Shown here in pieces: positions 12,570 through 25,752 of a stretch of DNA of 64,000 bases. The position numbers and the translations under genes are program-made. Within the stretch, counting starts at the first letter, position 1. Each line of letters begins with the position of its first letter. Source of the stretch: Octopus sinensis (lineage: Eukaryota); assembly GCF_006345805.1 (NCBI RefSeq), contig NC_043001.1, positions 74,400,001-74,464,000 of the forward strand, in the 5' to 3' direction. A model generated the notes under the pieces. The model was not told the DNA's origin. It saw nothing but the letters and a program-made list of their open reading frames with translations, and made no database searches.

Positions 12570-15500
12570 TAATAATAATAATAATAATTTCGTTATAAAC
12601 CACTGAAGGCTTACAAGTAGATCGCGGGTGGTGCAGGACGATATAGTATGATATGGCATGATATGATGGTGGTGATGGGGTTGCATAAAGGCATTTAAAG
12701 AGATAAAATAACAAAACAAAAATTGAAGCAAGAAAATTCCCTAAAAACGGGAGACTTCCAAGGGCGTTCATGAAAACCCCAACAAAACCAAAGTCACCCT
12801 AACCACTAGTGCAAGCGGCCTCCGCTTCTCCTCTTCCTCCTCCTCCTCCTCCTCCTCCTCCTCTTCCTTCAATTTATATGCGCATGCTTAGAGTAGGCCC
12901 GTTTATTCAGACCATCCTTGTTACATTCACCCATCTTTCAACAGATTTGCTGCAAAGCAGCATTTGCCTCTTCACCCTCACTTTCCTTTTCACGTAGAAC
13001 TTGAAAAAGATAACGAGTACTTGGCAAAGAGGGAAGTGTCTGTCTTCGGCCCTTTCAGTCTAGTCCTCTACACAACCACTTTCGCTAAGGCCGCCAGGAA
13101 GATAAATTCTATCCGTCCTTCTCGGTCAAAAGAAAGAGGCGGGATGATCTTCACAGTGGACTTAGCCGATAGCCGGACCCGTCCTATACGCGACAGCAGC
13201 TGTTCGACATAAGCTCACAAGTCAGCTATGCTCGAACACTGGACAAGAACGTGCAGTATGATCGCTTCTGTGCACATTTCGGACACGCCCAACAGGCGGT
13301 ACTTTCATGCTTGTTGACTTTATTTCGAACCGGTAGTACTACCAGGCCAGAGATTTCTAGAAACTATCGGTGGGTTCTGGTCCGAAAGTCTTCCGGAGAA
13401 GATCAGCCAGTTGATTCTCGTCAGTGCTCAGAATCTCGCTGAGAACGTCGTCGCTCTTGTCTGCCACTAAATCTTTGTAGAATGCCAAAGCGGCACCTCC
13501 ACCGACTACATTGCCTGATTGGCAAAGAGATGTGAACGCCTGACGGCACTGTAGGTGTTAGGCTTCCTGCCAAGCATGATTCGTTCCATTTTCCGTTGGG
13601 CTACAATTAGGGCGTTGATCTATATAGCCAACGATTTTAAAATATGAACAACTAGTGTTATCCTAACTACCGACCAATAGAATACTATACCAAGATACGA
13701 CTTAGATGACCCGATGCAATATGCCCATGTCCACATTGCACATCTGCATATCTGGGAAATGCAGTCGCTATCTTTCAGACAAGTGGAAACTATCCCCACA
13801 CAATCCAAGCGTGCATCCAAGATGGTGTTTCAGTTGTCCACTGACATTAAAAAGAAGACGTTCCCAGGAAAACCTCCACACGTCTGAAGAAATCTGGATA
13901 TACTGCTCCTATCGGAAAATAAACAGCTACTAGTTTGAAGGTACTTCCGTTGCTACTGATCTCATCCAGGACCACCAACTTACCTTCTGGGTCCAAGATA
14001 GTCCGTTTCTTAAGATCCTTACTTTTCCGAAAAAATACTGTCACTTCACTTCCCATTCCTGGTCGACATGGAAATAAATCTCGCGTCCATCGAAAATTGG
14101 AATGGGATCTTAATGATCGGAAACTTTGGTGTCGTTGATGGCAACCCCGTCTATATTCAGTGATGTGATGTCGTTGAGCAGATGGCCCTGCTTCTCGGAT
14201 GATCTCAAGCCACGTACATTTATTCTGCCCATTCTGTACACAGCTATGTTTGATAAGAGGAATGAGAAAAAAATCACTTTATTTATTTAGAGGACTGGGT
14301 GTTTCGTCACTCATGCTATGTATGGATATTTCTACAAGCAGCTTTTCCTAATTTTTTTATTTCTAAGTCTGATCGAAAGCTTCCTACTTCTCTTGGGTAT
14401 CTATATCTTAAAATGATTGGGTGCTGCAAAAACTTTGGATAATTTTTATGTGGTGGAACGATGTTGGTTAATGTGATGTAGTTATCGAGTGTGATGTTAG
14501 TATTTTCGAGTGTATGGTGCATTAGTTTAATATTTGTATTTATGGCTGTGTATTTATTGTCTCTTTTGACGTACTGGGGGAAATGTTCTGACTTTTGGTG
14601 TGTGTATATGTCTGAATTTATTGGTGCTTGTGATAATGGTGTCTATGAAAGCGAAGATAATGTGTTGATATTACTGATGTAGCAGCTGTTGGGTGTGTAG
14701 GAGTATAGCTGCTCGAAGGCACCTAATCAAATTGTCGTTTTGTTTTCCTTTTTTATCTTTGTTACTGACTGGTCACCTCCACTACATGACATGTCTGTGC
14801 GATGTGAGTCGAGGAGGAATATTATGTCTTGAGGAGGTTTGTTGTGTTGTTTCTTGATATAGTTGTTGATTTGAGGGTTTCTGTTGCTGCTGCTGTCTGT
14901 GATGTGGTGATCTTTGATGTTGGCATGTTTTCTGTTGTTTTAGTTGCTGTTGCTTCCACTATTGTCGTTGATACTGTAGATGTTGCAGTTACTGTTGCTG
15001 CTACTGATATCATTGCAGATTTTACTTTTGGTATTGTTGTTGTAGTACTAACTAGTCTTTCCTTTGTTGTGAACAGAAAGCCTTGAGATGGCTTGTGTTA
15101 CTCCACAAGCGATACCTTGACCTTCTTCCTTCAACGGTCGCGTGTAGTTTTGTACCATCTAGTAGACTAAATCTGGAATAGCTTCCATGCTTTGGTATTC
15201 CGTTTGGATCAGTAGCTCCATCAGTAGGCTCGACCACTGTTGTTTCTTCTCTATGTCGAAGAGGGCCACCGCTACCAACGAGCAAATGTTGATTTCTTGG
15301 AAGGGGAGCACGTTGACTATTTTTATCTTAAGCACATTTCGGCCAAAGTGAACTGAAATGACGACCTGTTCATCACTCATTAGGTTGGTTGTGGAGTGCT
15401 TTCTTGCCTTGTTTTCTGTAGCGAATCCCATATCTACAGTATCGAACAGCTCTGACTGTGCATGTTTTTGCGCCCCAGACTGGTCTGAGGCAATTTTCAA

Positions 15501-16090
15501 TCTGCTGCTGTGCCGATGTTCCGTTTCTTTATTTTGCCTTTTGTGACTATAGTTTTATATATATCACTGTTCTAAGGTTGGTTTGTTGCTGGATAAATTT
15601 TAGAATATTGACAATCATGTTTTTCGGCCACATTTCACCAGGATGGATTTTACATTTTTTATTTCTTTAATATCAATAAAAGTTTCTTCGCTTATTTGAT
15701 GCATCACGTTGGTGAAACCCCTAACGTTAAATTTGCAGATTTTGTTTACCCTTACTTTTGGGCTGGCGTGAATGGTGGAGATGGCAGTGGAAATTGCAGG
15801 TGTGTTGAATGGAAAATGGGATTTTTTGTTTTCGCTCTCTCGTTTAAATTTTGTCGTTGTTTTTTTTTCTTGTTTTGATATTTTTTTTTCTTGTTTTGAT
15901 GTTTTTTTTCTCAGTTGCCTCGTTGTTGTTCTTAGTTTTTGTTGTGTCAAATGTGGTGATGTTGCTTTCACTTCCTTTTTCATATAAGTTTTTGCTGTTA
16001 TTGTTATATGTATATTATCTTTCAACTATTGTAGATGGGGGGGGGGATATTTTCATAATGGCTATTCCAAGAGCGATCATCTCCATTTGA
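12570..16090 (-). mobile_element. Degenerate Tx1/L1-clade LINE with ORF1, APE endonuclease and C-terminal zinc-finger region; RT missing
   Basis: APE motifs INVRGL (~14225), DPEGKLVVLD, VAVYFP, ILDARLDCVG, WTW...SYL; C-terminal LPVR...CPKC (zf-RVT-like) at ~13300; ORF1 remnants 15000-16025 with a degenerate zinc knuckle (TVEGRR...SHLKAFC); (ATT)n tail ~12575; many stops and frameshifts. Confidence 0.85.
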
Positions 16091-17657
16091 GAAATTATAT
16101 TGCTTTTTGTATTAAAATATGTAATTTTGCCAATTTAAGTTCCAAAATACGCCCTTAAGGAACGAATATTTCGCAAAACCAACTCATTGTAGAGAAAATG
16201 TGTTGGCTTGTTAACTAGATGGTACAACAAAATTACAAATAACAATCTCTGAAAAAAAAATTCAACAATGCCTCAGGAGCTTCGAACATTCAAACTTCCC
16301 TTGCAAGTATAATAATCATAATTCTCCTTTTTACTATAGGCACAAGGCCTGAAAATTTGGAGGAAGAATTAAGTCGATTACATCGACTCCAATGCTCACA
16401 GGGTACTTATTCTCTTAACCCCGAAAGGATGAAAAGCAAAGTCAACTTCGATGGAATGTGAACTCAGAATATAAAGTCGGACGAAACGCTGCTAGTCACG
16501 CCACCTTTTTAATAATAACAATAATAATTAAGGCGGTGAACTGGCAGAAACACTTGCATGCTGGGCAAAATGCTTAGCGGCATTTTGTCCGTCTTTACAT
16601 TTAAAGTTCACATTCCGTTGAGGTCGACTTTGTCTTTCAGCTTTTCGGGTTTAATAAAATAAGTGCCAATTGAACACTGGGTTCGATGTAATCGGTTGAC
16701 CTTTCTCTCAAAACTTCAGGCCTTGTCCTATTGTAGAAAGAATTATTGCTGGCCAGAATAATTAACTAATAACCGTCGCACTAAATGACTCGATTTTTGT
16801 TTCTTATAACAAAGGCATACCAAAGATTTCTCAGTTTTTTAGAATCAATCATATAAAAAGACAAAAAAACAAAAGCTATCCCCCATTAACCCCCCCCCCA
16901 ATAATACAAACCAAGTGAAGGACTATACTCTGTTAGTATTTCAAGAAGTTATTTATTATTCATAGCTTGAATACGTAATAATACTAAGCTTCGTAGTTGT
17001 TTTAATAGACTTTCCTTACTGCTGACCTATTTATTCATTCACTTATTCATTCCTGCTTTGTTGTTGTCGTCGCTGAGATCAGTTAGATCAGTTAATGAGT
17101 AGATGAAAAGATTGAAATATTAATTTGCTAACTCAGTGGTTTAAATAGAAACAGAAATGGTTCAGAAAGTCCTTCGCATAAGATCCTTTACGTTTTGGTG
17201 TTGCTGAATCCTAGCTTGAAATTTTCTACAAGTTTATTACACGAGGTTTTCGTAGATTAATTTAATCAAGTGGTCAGTGATCAGTGTGTTGTACCCCAAC
17301 TTCTACTCACAAGTTCGATATGGCTCAACCAGGTGACACGATATGAAAATATTCTTGCTCTTCCTACTCTACAGTTGAGTGATTTACTATAAAAAATCAA
17401 CAAACTGGAAAAAAAGCCAACAAACTAGAAAGTAAATTACCATAACTTACTTGTGAAATTATTATATAATAGAAAAATATATATGGCAGTCTCTCTCACT
17501 CTCCTATAATATTTTATATATAACGGCTAAAATTACAACTAGATTTCACTAAAGATGAAAAAATACGAAACTCAAGTTGGAAGCTACGAAGTTTTATTTT
17601 GAAAATTAAGCAATAAAGAAAACCCCAAATCGGTTTCTTGTACAGAGCACAAGTTCA

Positions 17658-17717
<60 letters not shown>

Positions 17718-17958
17718 CGCGCACGGTTACTTTTCATACCAACTCTTCTGACCAGCTCCGTCTTAGGTTTTCCCTAATTGTGCGCAAAACCGATTAGTAA
17801 AGTTTGTTAAATGGATCTATTACATTATATATATATATATATATATTGGCCTGCTCGCTTAGCCAGCGGGGTGGCGTCATTCGAAGGCTAAAACAATGCG
17901 ACCGCATTGTGACCAGCGATGTGTAACAACATCTGATGGTCTGGTCGGTCACGTGATT

Positions 17959-17998
<40 letters not shown>

Positions 17999-18419
17999 CG
18001 CAACACGTGACCGATGATGAAAAAATTCTCTACTCCACTTTTATATCCAGTGTAGTTAAACGAAGGCCATCAAACCTCTGGATATGTTTGCGAGCGGAAT
18101 TCGAGCAAGTAATAGTAATATTAAACTCAGTAAATGTAATTGATATTGTATGCTTTGCAAAACATGTTTCGGTAGGTCGGCTGTCATTATTACGCAAGGC
18201 AAGACATTTCATTAGATTTTGTAATACAGCTGAGTCACCTCCTCAGCGTTGAGGAGATGAATCGACTGCATCACGTCGTTTGATTGACTCGCCCTGTATA
18301 ATGAGGACAATTGATTTACTGAAACGTGTGTATGCTTTATAAAGTTTAGAATAACAATTATGCTTTGTGTTTATATGCACACAGGCTTGTCCCACGCGGT
18401 GGGGGCGTTGCGTTTCTCA

Positions 18420-20560
18420 AACTCATACCCTAGCACAATCTATTTCCCCTTGATTTCCATAGTATAAACTAAGATACTTTCTAACAGAATTTTTTAGAAA
18501 AGATATATAACCAGTTTTATGAATGAAAATAACTACTTCGAAACATGCACAAAATGCAATAAAATCATTGTAGGATTCATACTCATTGCAAAAGATGTCG
18601 ATTGTTGTATGATGGTCAGTAATGCAATGGGAGTTATTTGTAAGGAGAGCAGTATTACTTTCTGTCTTATAGATCATTGTCTTCGGCATCAGTTTCAAAG
18701 TTGAAGAACTTTCCTAAAGATTTTTGATGCAACTCAGAGTAGGAACTGAATTCGCTATGAACTCCTCTGGTAATTTTTATGTAAAGTTGACAATTAGGAT
18801 CGTTATAAGCAGTGTTGAGTTAGTGGAGCTTCTGTATTCTCTTTTTCATCTGCAGTTCACCCTTGTTCTATTAGCATTTACTTCTCATCTGACAAAGTTT
18901 CCCTATAGGATGGTAGCAGCTTGACCGTAGCATATTTTACAACTTATTTAAATTCTTAATGATTTATATGTGCCATAATATCTTTCTGGATTTGATGTTT
19001 ACTTTTTAGTGATGAAAAACTTGTAAAGATACGGATGATGTCTGATCGTTTGATTTCACAAGAATCATTCATTGCTGGAAGTTTCACTTCACCCTATGAC
19101 TCGTATATGTTATCTAGAATATCTATAATTCTGAAGTTTTATCCAGGTGTCTTTAACTGTAGGTTTATTTTCTCTATTAATTACTCTCATGAGTTGTTTC
19201 GAAGCTCTTCTCAAATAATATATTTTGAAGTTGTTGCCACACCATGATTATTGGCAGGAACAAAGATGGCAAGATGATATACTATTGAGAGTTTTATCCA
19301 CCCACACGTTATCAGAAAAATAATTCAATAGGTGACTTAGTGCATTGATTAAAAGAAGCAATGCTTTGCTGGAAATATTATGTCTGGTACCATACTTTTT
19401 AACAGTAGAACAGAAAAAGTTTGCAAACCAGTCATGGAAAATGCTCGTAGATGTCGAAGCCTTTTTACCAACAAATCACAAGATTACTCTTAATGTAGTC
19501 GAAAAATCAATGGATTTTCGGAGTGATTTACAAGGAGATGACTTCAATTTTCTATCGACAACAGCATTTCCTCCGATGAGAAGCGTCTGATAAATTTTGC
19601 AAGATTTTAAAGCTGGGTGTTGATTTTCCTACTTGAAATAATTATTAGCAGGCAGCACTTCCAGAAACACCTAGTTTTATCAACAAAATATATTTGTTCT
19701 GGCACATAGCTTCTTTTAGCAATCATTTTCTTCAACTCCTCATTAATAACAGCCTCTGTATCAGCACTGGCAGTTTCACCAGTAATTTTACATTTGTACA
19801 AAACAAGGCACCTCTTCTAACTTTCAAACCAGCTTTTACTAACAAAATGCGTTTTACATCAGAAGTTACATCTTCCACTTTTTGTAAATCACAAAAAGTT
19901 TTAGTTCTCGCATCAATGACCATTGTGTTTATCGGTACACTATGTCCAGTCTAATGGCTGATCTACATATTTAAAAGGCTTTTCACATTAAGTAATCACA
20001 TCGAACTTACGAAAAAAGAAAAACAAAACAGTATCCAGACACTCAAAGAAGTAGCTGCTTGACTACTTGACGTACTTTTGTCTATACTGTTATCTATTGT
20101 TCCTTGTGTAGACATTGCAAACTTTCATGTTATTTCAGTAAAGTCTTCCTTTAAGGCATCGAGCTGGCAGAAACGTTAGCACGCCGGGCGAAATGCGCAG
20201 CCGTATTTCGTCTGCCGTTACGTTCTGAGTTCAAATTCCGCCGAGGTCGACTTTGCCTGTCATCCTTTCGGGGTCGATTAAATAAGTACCAGTTACGCGC
20301 TGGGGTCGATATAATCGACTTAATCCGTTTGTCTGTCCTTGTTTGTTCCTTCTGTGTTTAGCCCCTTGTGGGTAGTAAAGAAATAGGTATTTCAGTAAGG
20401 TCTTTCGTGTCAAATCTTTGTAAACCACCAAGTTTAACATCCAGTATAACTCCTTTACGACTCCTTTTGGCACTGCTACCTTTAATTCAACTTGATGACC
20501 TCTTCCCAGTAATCTTGAATAAAGTCGATGCACTTTTATTAAATCCAAAGGCAGAGAATA
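18420..20560 (-). mobile_element. pogo/Tigger transposase remnant, interrupted by a SINE at 20148-20387
   Basis: N-terminal KRSRKGVILDVKL (psq-HTH-like), KITGETASADTEA...YVPEQIYFVDKT..FWK, GGNA..D.KLK, IFHDWFANFF, KALLLLINA (DDE_1 type). Confidence 0.8.
20148..20387 (+). mobile_element. tRNA-derived SINE family A, young copy with 17-bp TSD
   Basis: GAGCTGGCAGAAACGTTAGC...GAGTTCAAATTCC (B box); TSD tatttcagtaa(a/g)gtctt at 20131 and 20388. Other copies ~2325-2471(-), 2511-2640(-), 16330-16505(-), 16530-16745(+), 21400-21535, 22697-23295, 26980-27180, 43998-44190, 46700-46895, 49280-49495(-), 56140-56590, 62048-62258. Confidence 0.85.
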
Positions 20561-21336
20561 AACAAGAAATCTACACCAAAAGTTAAACTGTAGAATCTAA
20601 GGAAAACAGTTATGTTCTGCGCCAGCAAAAGACAGTGACTCTGTTATTTCAAACGCAAAGAAACTAAATGAATACAAGAGAAAGGTGAAGGCTTGATGTT
20701 GAAAGATGAGAGATGTAGGATATTTGAGGAAATTTCTGTACAACTCAAGTTAGCCAGGTCCCCATTTGTTGAGTGGATCTGGTGCAAACGAGATGGGTAA
20801 TTGAGGGTACAGAGTGGTGTCGGCAAGAATGTTGAGAACAATGAAAAAAGGTGCTGGGTAAGAGGAGAGAGTGAACAACTTTTGGAAAGAATGTTCAGTG
20901 CACTAAAAATAAATAGATTTTGAGAAGTAAATTGTAACCTGTAAACAGATATGTAGAAAGAAGGGAGACAGGAAATAAGAGAGGTTGGGCAAATGGAAAG
21001 TGTCACATCAAATTATATAATCATGATATCATGCTTTTAGTTTTCTTTTAAATTGTTGAAATTTATCCCAAATTTCAGGAATTATGTTGAAATTACAAGC
21101 TGTATCCTGAAATTAGTTGTCATAAATTATAATTCTCATTAAGTGCAGAATTCCGTAACCAGTGTTTCTGTAATGTGGTGTATTTCAGTGCATTTACACA
21201 CACAGTGTGTGTGTATGTGTTTGCAATATATTTAGGAATATTTGAGTATACTAACGAACTATTTGATGGTGCATGTTGTATTCAAATGTTCAAATGGCAG
21301 ACAAAAATCATCGTCGTCAGCATCATCATCATTGCC

Positions 21337-21367
<31 letters not shown>

Positions 21368-21564
21368 TATTATTATTATATTATTATTATCATATGACGA
21401 CAGCCAGGTAATCGGTGGGAAAAATACTTTGCGATATTTCTTCCAGCACTTTACAGTCTGAGTTCAAATCTGGCCAAGGTCAACTTTGTCTTTCATCTTT
21501 CCGGAGTCGATAAATTAAAGTACCAGTCAAGTACTAGAAATCTTTTTTTGTTTTTTTATTATCA

Positions 21565-21660
21565 TTCTTCTTCTTCTTCTTCTTTCTTCTTCTTCTTCTT
21601 CTTCTTCTTCTTCTTCTTCTTCTTCTTCTTCTTCTTCTTCTTCTTCTTCTTCTTCTTCTT

Positions 21661-21691
<31 letters not shown>

Positions 21692-21730
21692 TTATTATTA
21701 TTATTATTATTATATTATATTATTATTATT
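21565..21730. repeat. Compound (TTC)n-(TTA)n microsatellite
   Basis: About 40 TTC units followed by TTA units. Many other (TA)n, (TG)n, (GA)n, (CTAT)n, (TATG)n and (AAT)n tracts occur throughout the window. Confidence 0.95.
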
Positions 21731-21731
21731 C

Positions 21732-22160
21732 AGTTGTTTTATTTTTATAGCGTGCTTTCAATTCACTACCGAGCGCAGCTCTGTGTGCCTTGGGTATGTG
21801 CTGTGATTTGTTGTGATGCTCTGATGGTTACTGTACTGAAAGTGTTTTGCGTAGGATGTGTGGAGTTGCCCACTAGTGCAATTTTCTGTATGTTATATGT
21901 GTTCGTAAGTCCTGGTGTTTTGTTATGTATTTGTCTGAATATTTTTTTATCATACCTAATGCTCCTACCATGATAGGAATTGTTTCTGTTTTTAGATTCC
22001 ACATTCGAGTTACCTCTATTTCCAGGTCTTTGTATTTTGAAAGTTTCTCCATTTCTTTTAGAGACACGTTGTCATCTGCTGGTATTGATACATCAATTAG
22101 AAAGCATTTTTTTTCTTCATGATCTCTGACAACTATATCTGGTCTATTGGCCTTATTATT
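21732..22160 (-). mobile_element. 3' end of an R4/Dong-type non-LTR element (restriction-like endonuclease domain)
   Basis: ANRPDIVVRD...LIDVSIPADDNV..KEMEKLSKYKDL...RMW...IPIMVGALG; 3' UTR ends in (TAA)n, consistent with microsatellite targeting. Confidence 0.85.
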
Positions 22161-22371
22161 ATTATTATTATTATTTTTTTTTTCTTTCAAATTTGCTTCC
22201 ATTTCTTGCCGAGTGTCTTCACGACTCCTAGGGCAAAGAAACTCATAGTATACATTGGTAGGCCATTAAACCAAACTCAGTAGTTCGTTCATTTTTTTTT
22301 TTTTAAGTTAAATTAAAATACATGAGCAGCAACAGTTCTCACATCGACAATGCTCTTCTCAATACGTGTGA

Positions 22372-22422
<51 letters not shown>

Positions 22423-22447
22423 TTTCTCTTGTATTTTTTAGGAAAAC

Positions 22448-22556
22448 ATGCCAACTACAAAGACCAAAACAAGGAAAAATCGACGTCGCTGGATACTTAT
22501 TTGTGTAGCTCTCATTGTCTTGTTCATTGTTGTCTTCATCCCAGTCTATAATTTAA
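22448..22556 (+). CDS. First recognisable coding exon of a type II membrane protein with LDLa repeats: basic N-tail plus signal-anchor helix (MPTTKTKTRKNRRRWILICVALIVLFIVVFIPVYNL)
   Basis: Acceptor ttttttag ends at 22441; ATG at 22448; open frame to donor gtaagt at 22557 (phase 1). K/R cluster followed by ~20 hydrophobic residues. The 6 nt before the ATG (GAAAAC) are in frame, so an upstream coding exon is possible. Confidence 0.8.
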
Positions 22557-23861
22557 GTAAGTCCTACACCACACCTATCTACTCTTGTTCCACTAAACCC
22601 TTTTTTTAGTCAATGAAAAATCTGTTGTGTTTTGTTTTGCTGTTGCTGTCTTGCCATTCTTGTTTCCATCTCTGTTGTTATTATTATTGAGGTTACGAAA
22701 GGTGATGAGCTGGCAGAATCATTAGCATGCCAGACATATTGCTTAGTAGTAGTTTATCCATCTTTACATTCTGGGTTCAAATTCCTCCATGGTCAACTTT
22801 GCCTTTCATCTTTTTGGGGTTGATAAATTAAGTCCTACACCACACCTATCTACTCTTGTTCTACTAAACCCTTTTTTTTAGTCAATGCCATCGACTATCA
22901 CCCTCCTCTCAAATTTCAGGCCTTGTGCCTATCATAGAATTGTTAGCATGCTGGGGAAAATGCTTAGTGGCATTTCGTCTGTCTTCATGTTCTGTGTTCA
23001 AATTCCACTGAGGTCAGCTTTGCCTTTCACCTTTATGGGGTCGATGAAATAAATACCAGTTGAGTACTGGGGTCGACTTACCCACTCCCCTGAAATTATT
23101 ATCATTATTATTATTAAGTGGCAAAATGGCAGATTTAAGATGTTGGATAGAAATGCTTAATGGCATTTCATTGGTCGACAATACCTTTAAACCTTTTGGC
23201 ATTGATAAAATAAGTACCAACTAACTGAGCACTGAAATTGATGTTATTGACTTGCCTCCGCCGCAAAATTTCAGGCCTTATGCGTATAACAGAGGAGGTC
23301 ATTATTATGATTGTTGGAAGTGACATGGTTGAGTTGTTAGGTCATTTGATAGTATGTCTTGTGATTGGTAATCTGTTCTGACTCCCTGCACCCTGAGCTC
23401 ATGTTTCACTGAAGTCAGCTTTATCTTTCATCTTTTAGAGTGGATAAAAAAAATGCTAGTCTAAGATGGTGGATTGATGAAACTGTATTACTTTGTGACT
23501 AGGTGCTTTTTTGTATTTGTTCCATTTCTTTGTGCTTTGATTTCAAATCCCACTCTGGCCTACTTGACATTTGGTACCCAAGGTGACTTTAGTAAAGCCC
23601 ATTCTGTGACAAGCAGTCAAGCCAGGTTCCCTGTTTGAGGATATCTTCTCCCACCACTCATGATGATCCAGTAAAGTGTCATGGATGGGCATTACATTCT
23701 CAAGTGAATGACTTGAGTCTGTGATGAGCTTTAGGAGTCATAAGGCTAGAAATAATCCTCTGAGCCAAGACCTGGCCTCAGTGCTTGCTACAGAGTGGCT
23801 TCTACTAAGTGTACATAATATCCAGATGGTAGTGTTAAACCATGGGATTTTCTAGGTTTAA

Positions 23862-24082
23862 CTCTTTAGCATTCAGATTATCCTGTCATATATAATGCTC
23901 TTTCATTCATGTTGCTCTTAATTAATCATGCATTATCTCATAGCTTTGATATTTTGATGATGTGATAGTATATTTTTAGAATGGCATTGAAGGTTAGGTG
24001 TGATAGGCTGGATCTAGATGGTTAGAACATAAACCAAGTAGCATATGTGGGTCGGATATGGCTGGTTTAAATGCTAAAAGGG
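23862..24082 (+). mobile_element. TTAA-flanked (piggyBac-type) MITE
   Basis: TTAA-ctctttagcatt ... aatgctaaaaggg-TTAA. Confidence 0.75.
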
Positions 24083-25446
24083 TTAATGTACAAGACCAGG
24101 AACAGTCATCCCTTCAATGGAATTTCAAACGTTTCTCTCTCCCAAATTTCACTCCTGAAGTTTATGGAAGAAGATCCAATGTGTCACAAAGTGAACTGAA
24201 GATCATGTAATTTCTTAATCCACATCATCAGATAATGACCCAGATTGTAAGTTCCATATGTAACTGCAGGTCATAGTCCACTCTTTTAAGTTGGCAGGTC
24301 TTTATTGTTGATGTATGGTTTTGTTAAACCTGCAATGCTGAGTTCAAGTCCTACCATGGATTTAAAGATTACAAAGGGATGGATTTCAACAGATTTGTAG
24401 CCTTAGATCCATTACAACATAAAGATAATTTTCATTGGTGACCCAGTGACCCAGTTAGTGACCCAGCGACCTAATTCCTTAGACTCTACTCTGCTTTTTC
24501 TCACTCCCTCTCTTTCCTCCTGCTTTCCACCCTCACACCTTCCCTACTCTCTCTCTCTCTCTCTCTTGCCCTCTTTCAATATTTTACATCTGTTTTGTAT
24601 TCCAGCATTGGTAGGATATTTTACTACAGATGTAAAATTTTTTAAAGATTGTTTAAGCAATTATTTTTTTACTGCAGGAGACCTTCACAAAACAGTGAAG
24701 TAGGAATAGATCTTATTCTAAGTCTGGCAAACTGTAGCAAGTATGTGTGTATATATAATTATATGTATCTATATCTGTGTGTGCATGCATGTGTATGTAT
24801 GTGTGTATCAGTATTTGTATGTGTGTATAAAGGTTGTTTATGGAAGACTAGCAGTCACCTCCCCTCTCTATGCCCCTGATGTTATCCAACGGAAAGGCAA
24901 ATGTTGATATAACTTGGCATCAGTGGCGTCACATCTCATTTCTACAGTTGAGTGAACTGGAGCCATATGAAATAAAGTATCTTGTTTAAGAACTCAACAC
25001 ACTGTCTTGACTGGAAATCAAACTCACTACCTCATGATTGGTAGCCTGACACTCTAACCACTAAGCCATGAGCCATGAGTGTGTGTATATATGCTATAAA
25101 ATGGTTGGTATTAAGAAGAGCACTCAGCTGTAGAAATTATGCCAAAGTAGATACAAGAGCATGATGCAGGCCTTAGGACCTATTGGATCTGGTCATACTT
25201 CCCAACCCATGTCAGCATTAAAATGATGATGATGAAAATGTATGTGTGTGTGTGTGAATTGTAGGTATCTCTAGTAGATAGGTCTAATCATGTGGACATT
25301 GTAGACTGAACATTAAAGTGCTTAAAAGAGAAATAAAAATACAGGTTAGAAAGAATTATTTGGATGATAATGTCTTGCATCATAATTTCTTCTTCGTAAC
25401 CAAAATTTAAAACTGGGATATATTCTTTGTTGTTTTTATTTTCCAG

Positions 25447-25752
25447 CATCAAGTTCCAAAGTATTAGCGCCATCTCATTTGAACACCAGTTATTCTGGAA
25501 CCAAAGTAACAACATTCCCATCAAATTACAGCATACAGTCATCAACACCTACGAATGGAGTTCAACACAGCAAGAATTTGTACCAAACAACTTCTATACA
25601 TACAAATACAATCACACCTATTGTTTCTGCATCAACTCCAAACAGTTACCACCCAACAATTTCTCCAACAAGACAGACTCCTAACATCTCTCCTGTGAAG
25701 ACCCTTCCCACATATAATCATTCAATGAATGCCTCTGAAAGATCGGTTTTCC
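25447..25752 (+). CDS. Exon encoding a Ser/Thr/Pro-rich mucin-like stalk (TSSSKVLAPSHLNTSYSG...NHSMNASERSVF)
   Basis: Acceptor ttttattttccag ends at 25446; donor gtaagt at 25753; 306 nt, phase 1-1, in frame with the upstream exon; coincides with ORF 25479..25808; several N-x-S/T sequons. Confidence 0.8.

Noticed and set aside
20644-21006. 120-aa minus ORF, possible CR1/L2 remnant
   Set aside because: Could not identify diagnostic motifs by eye.
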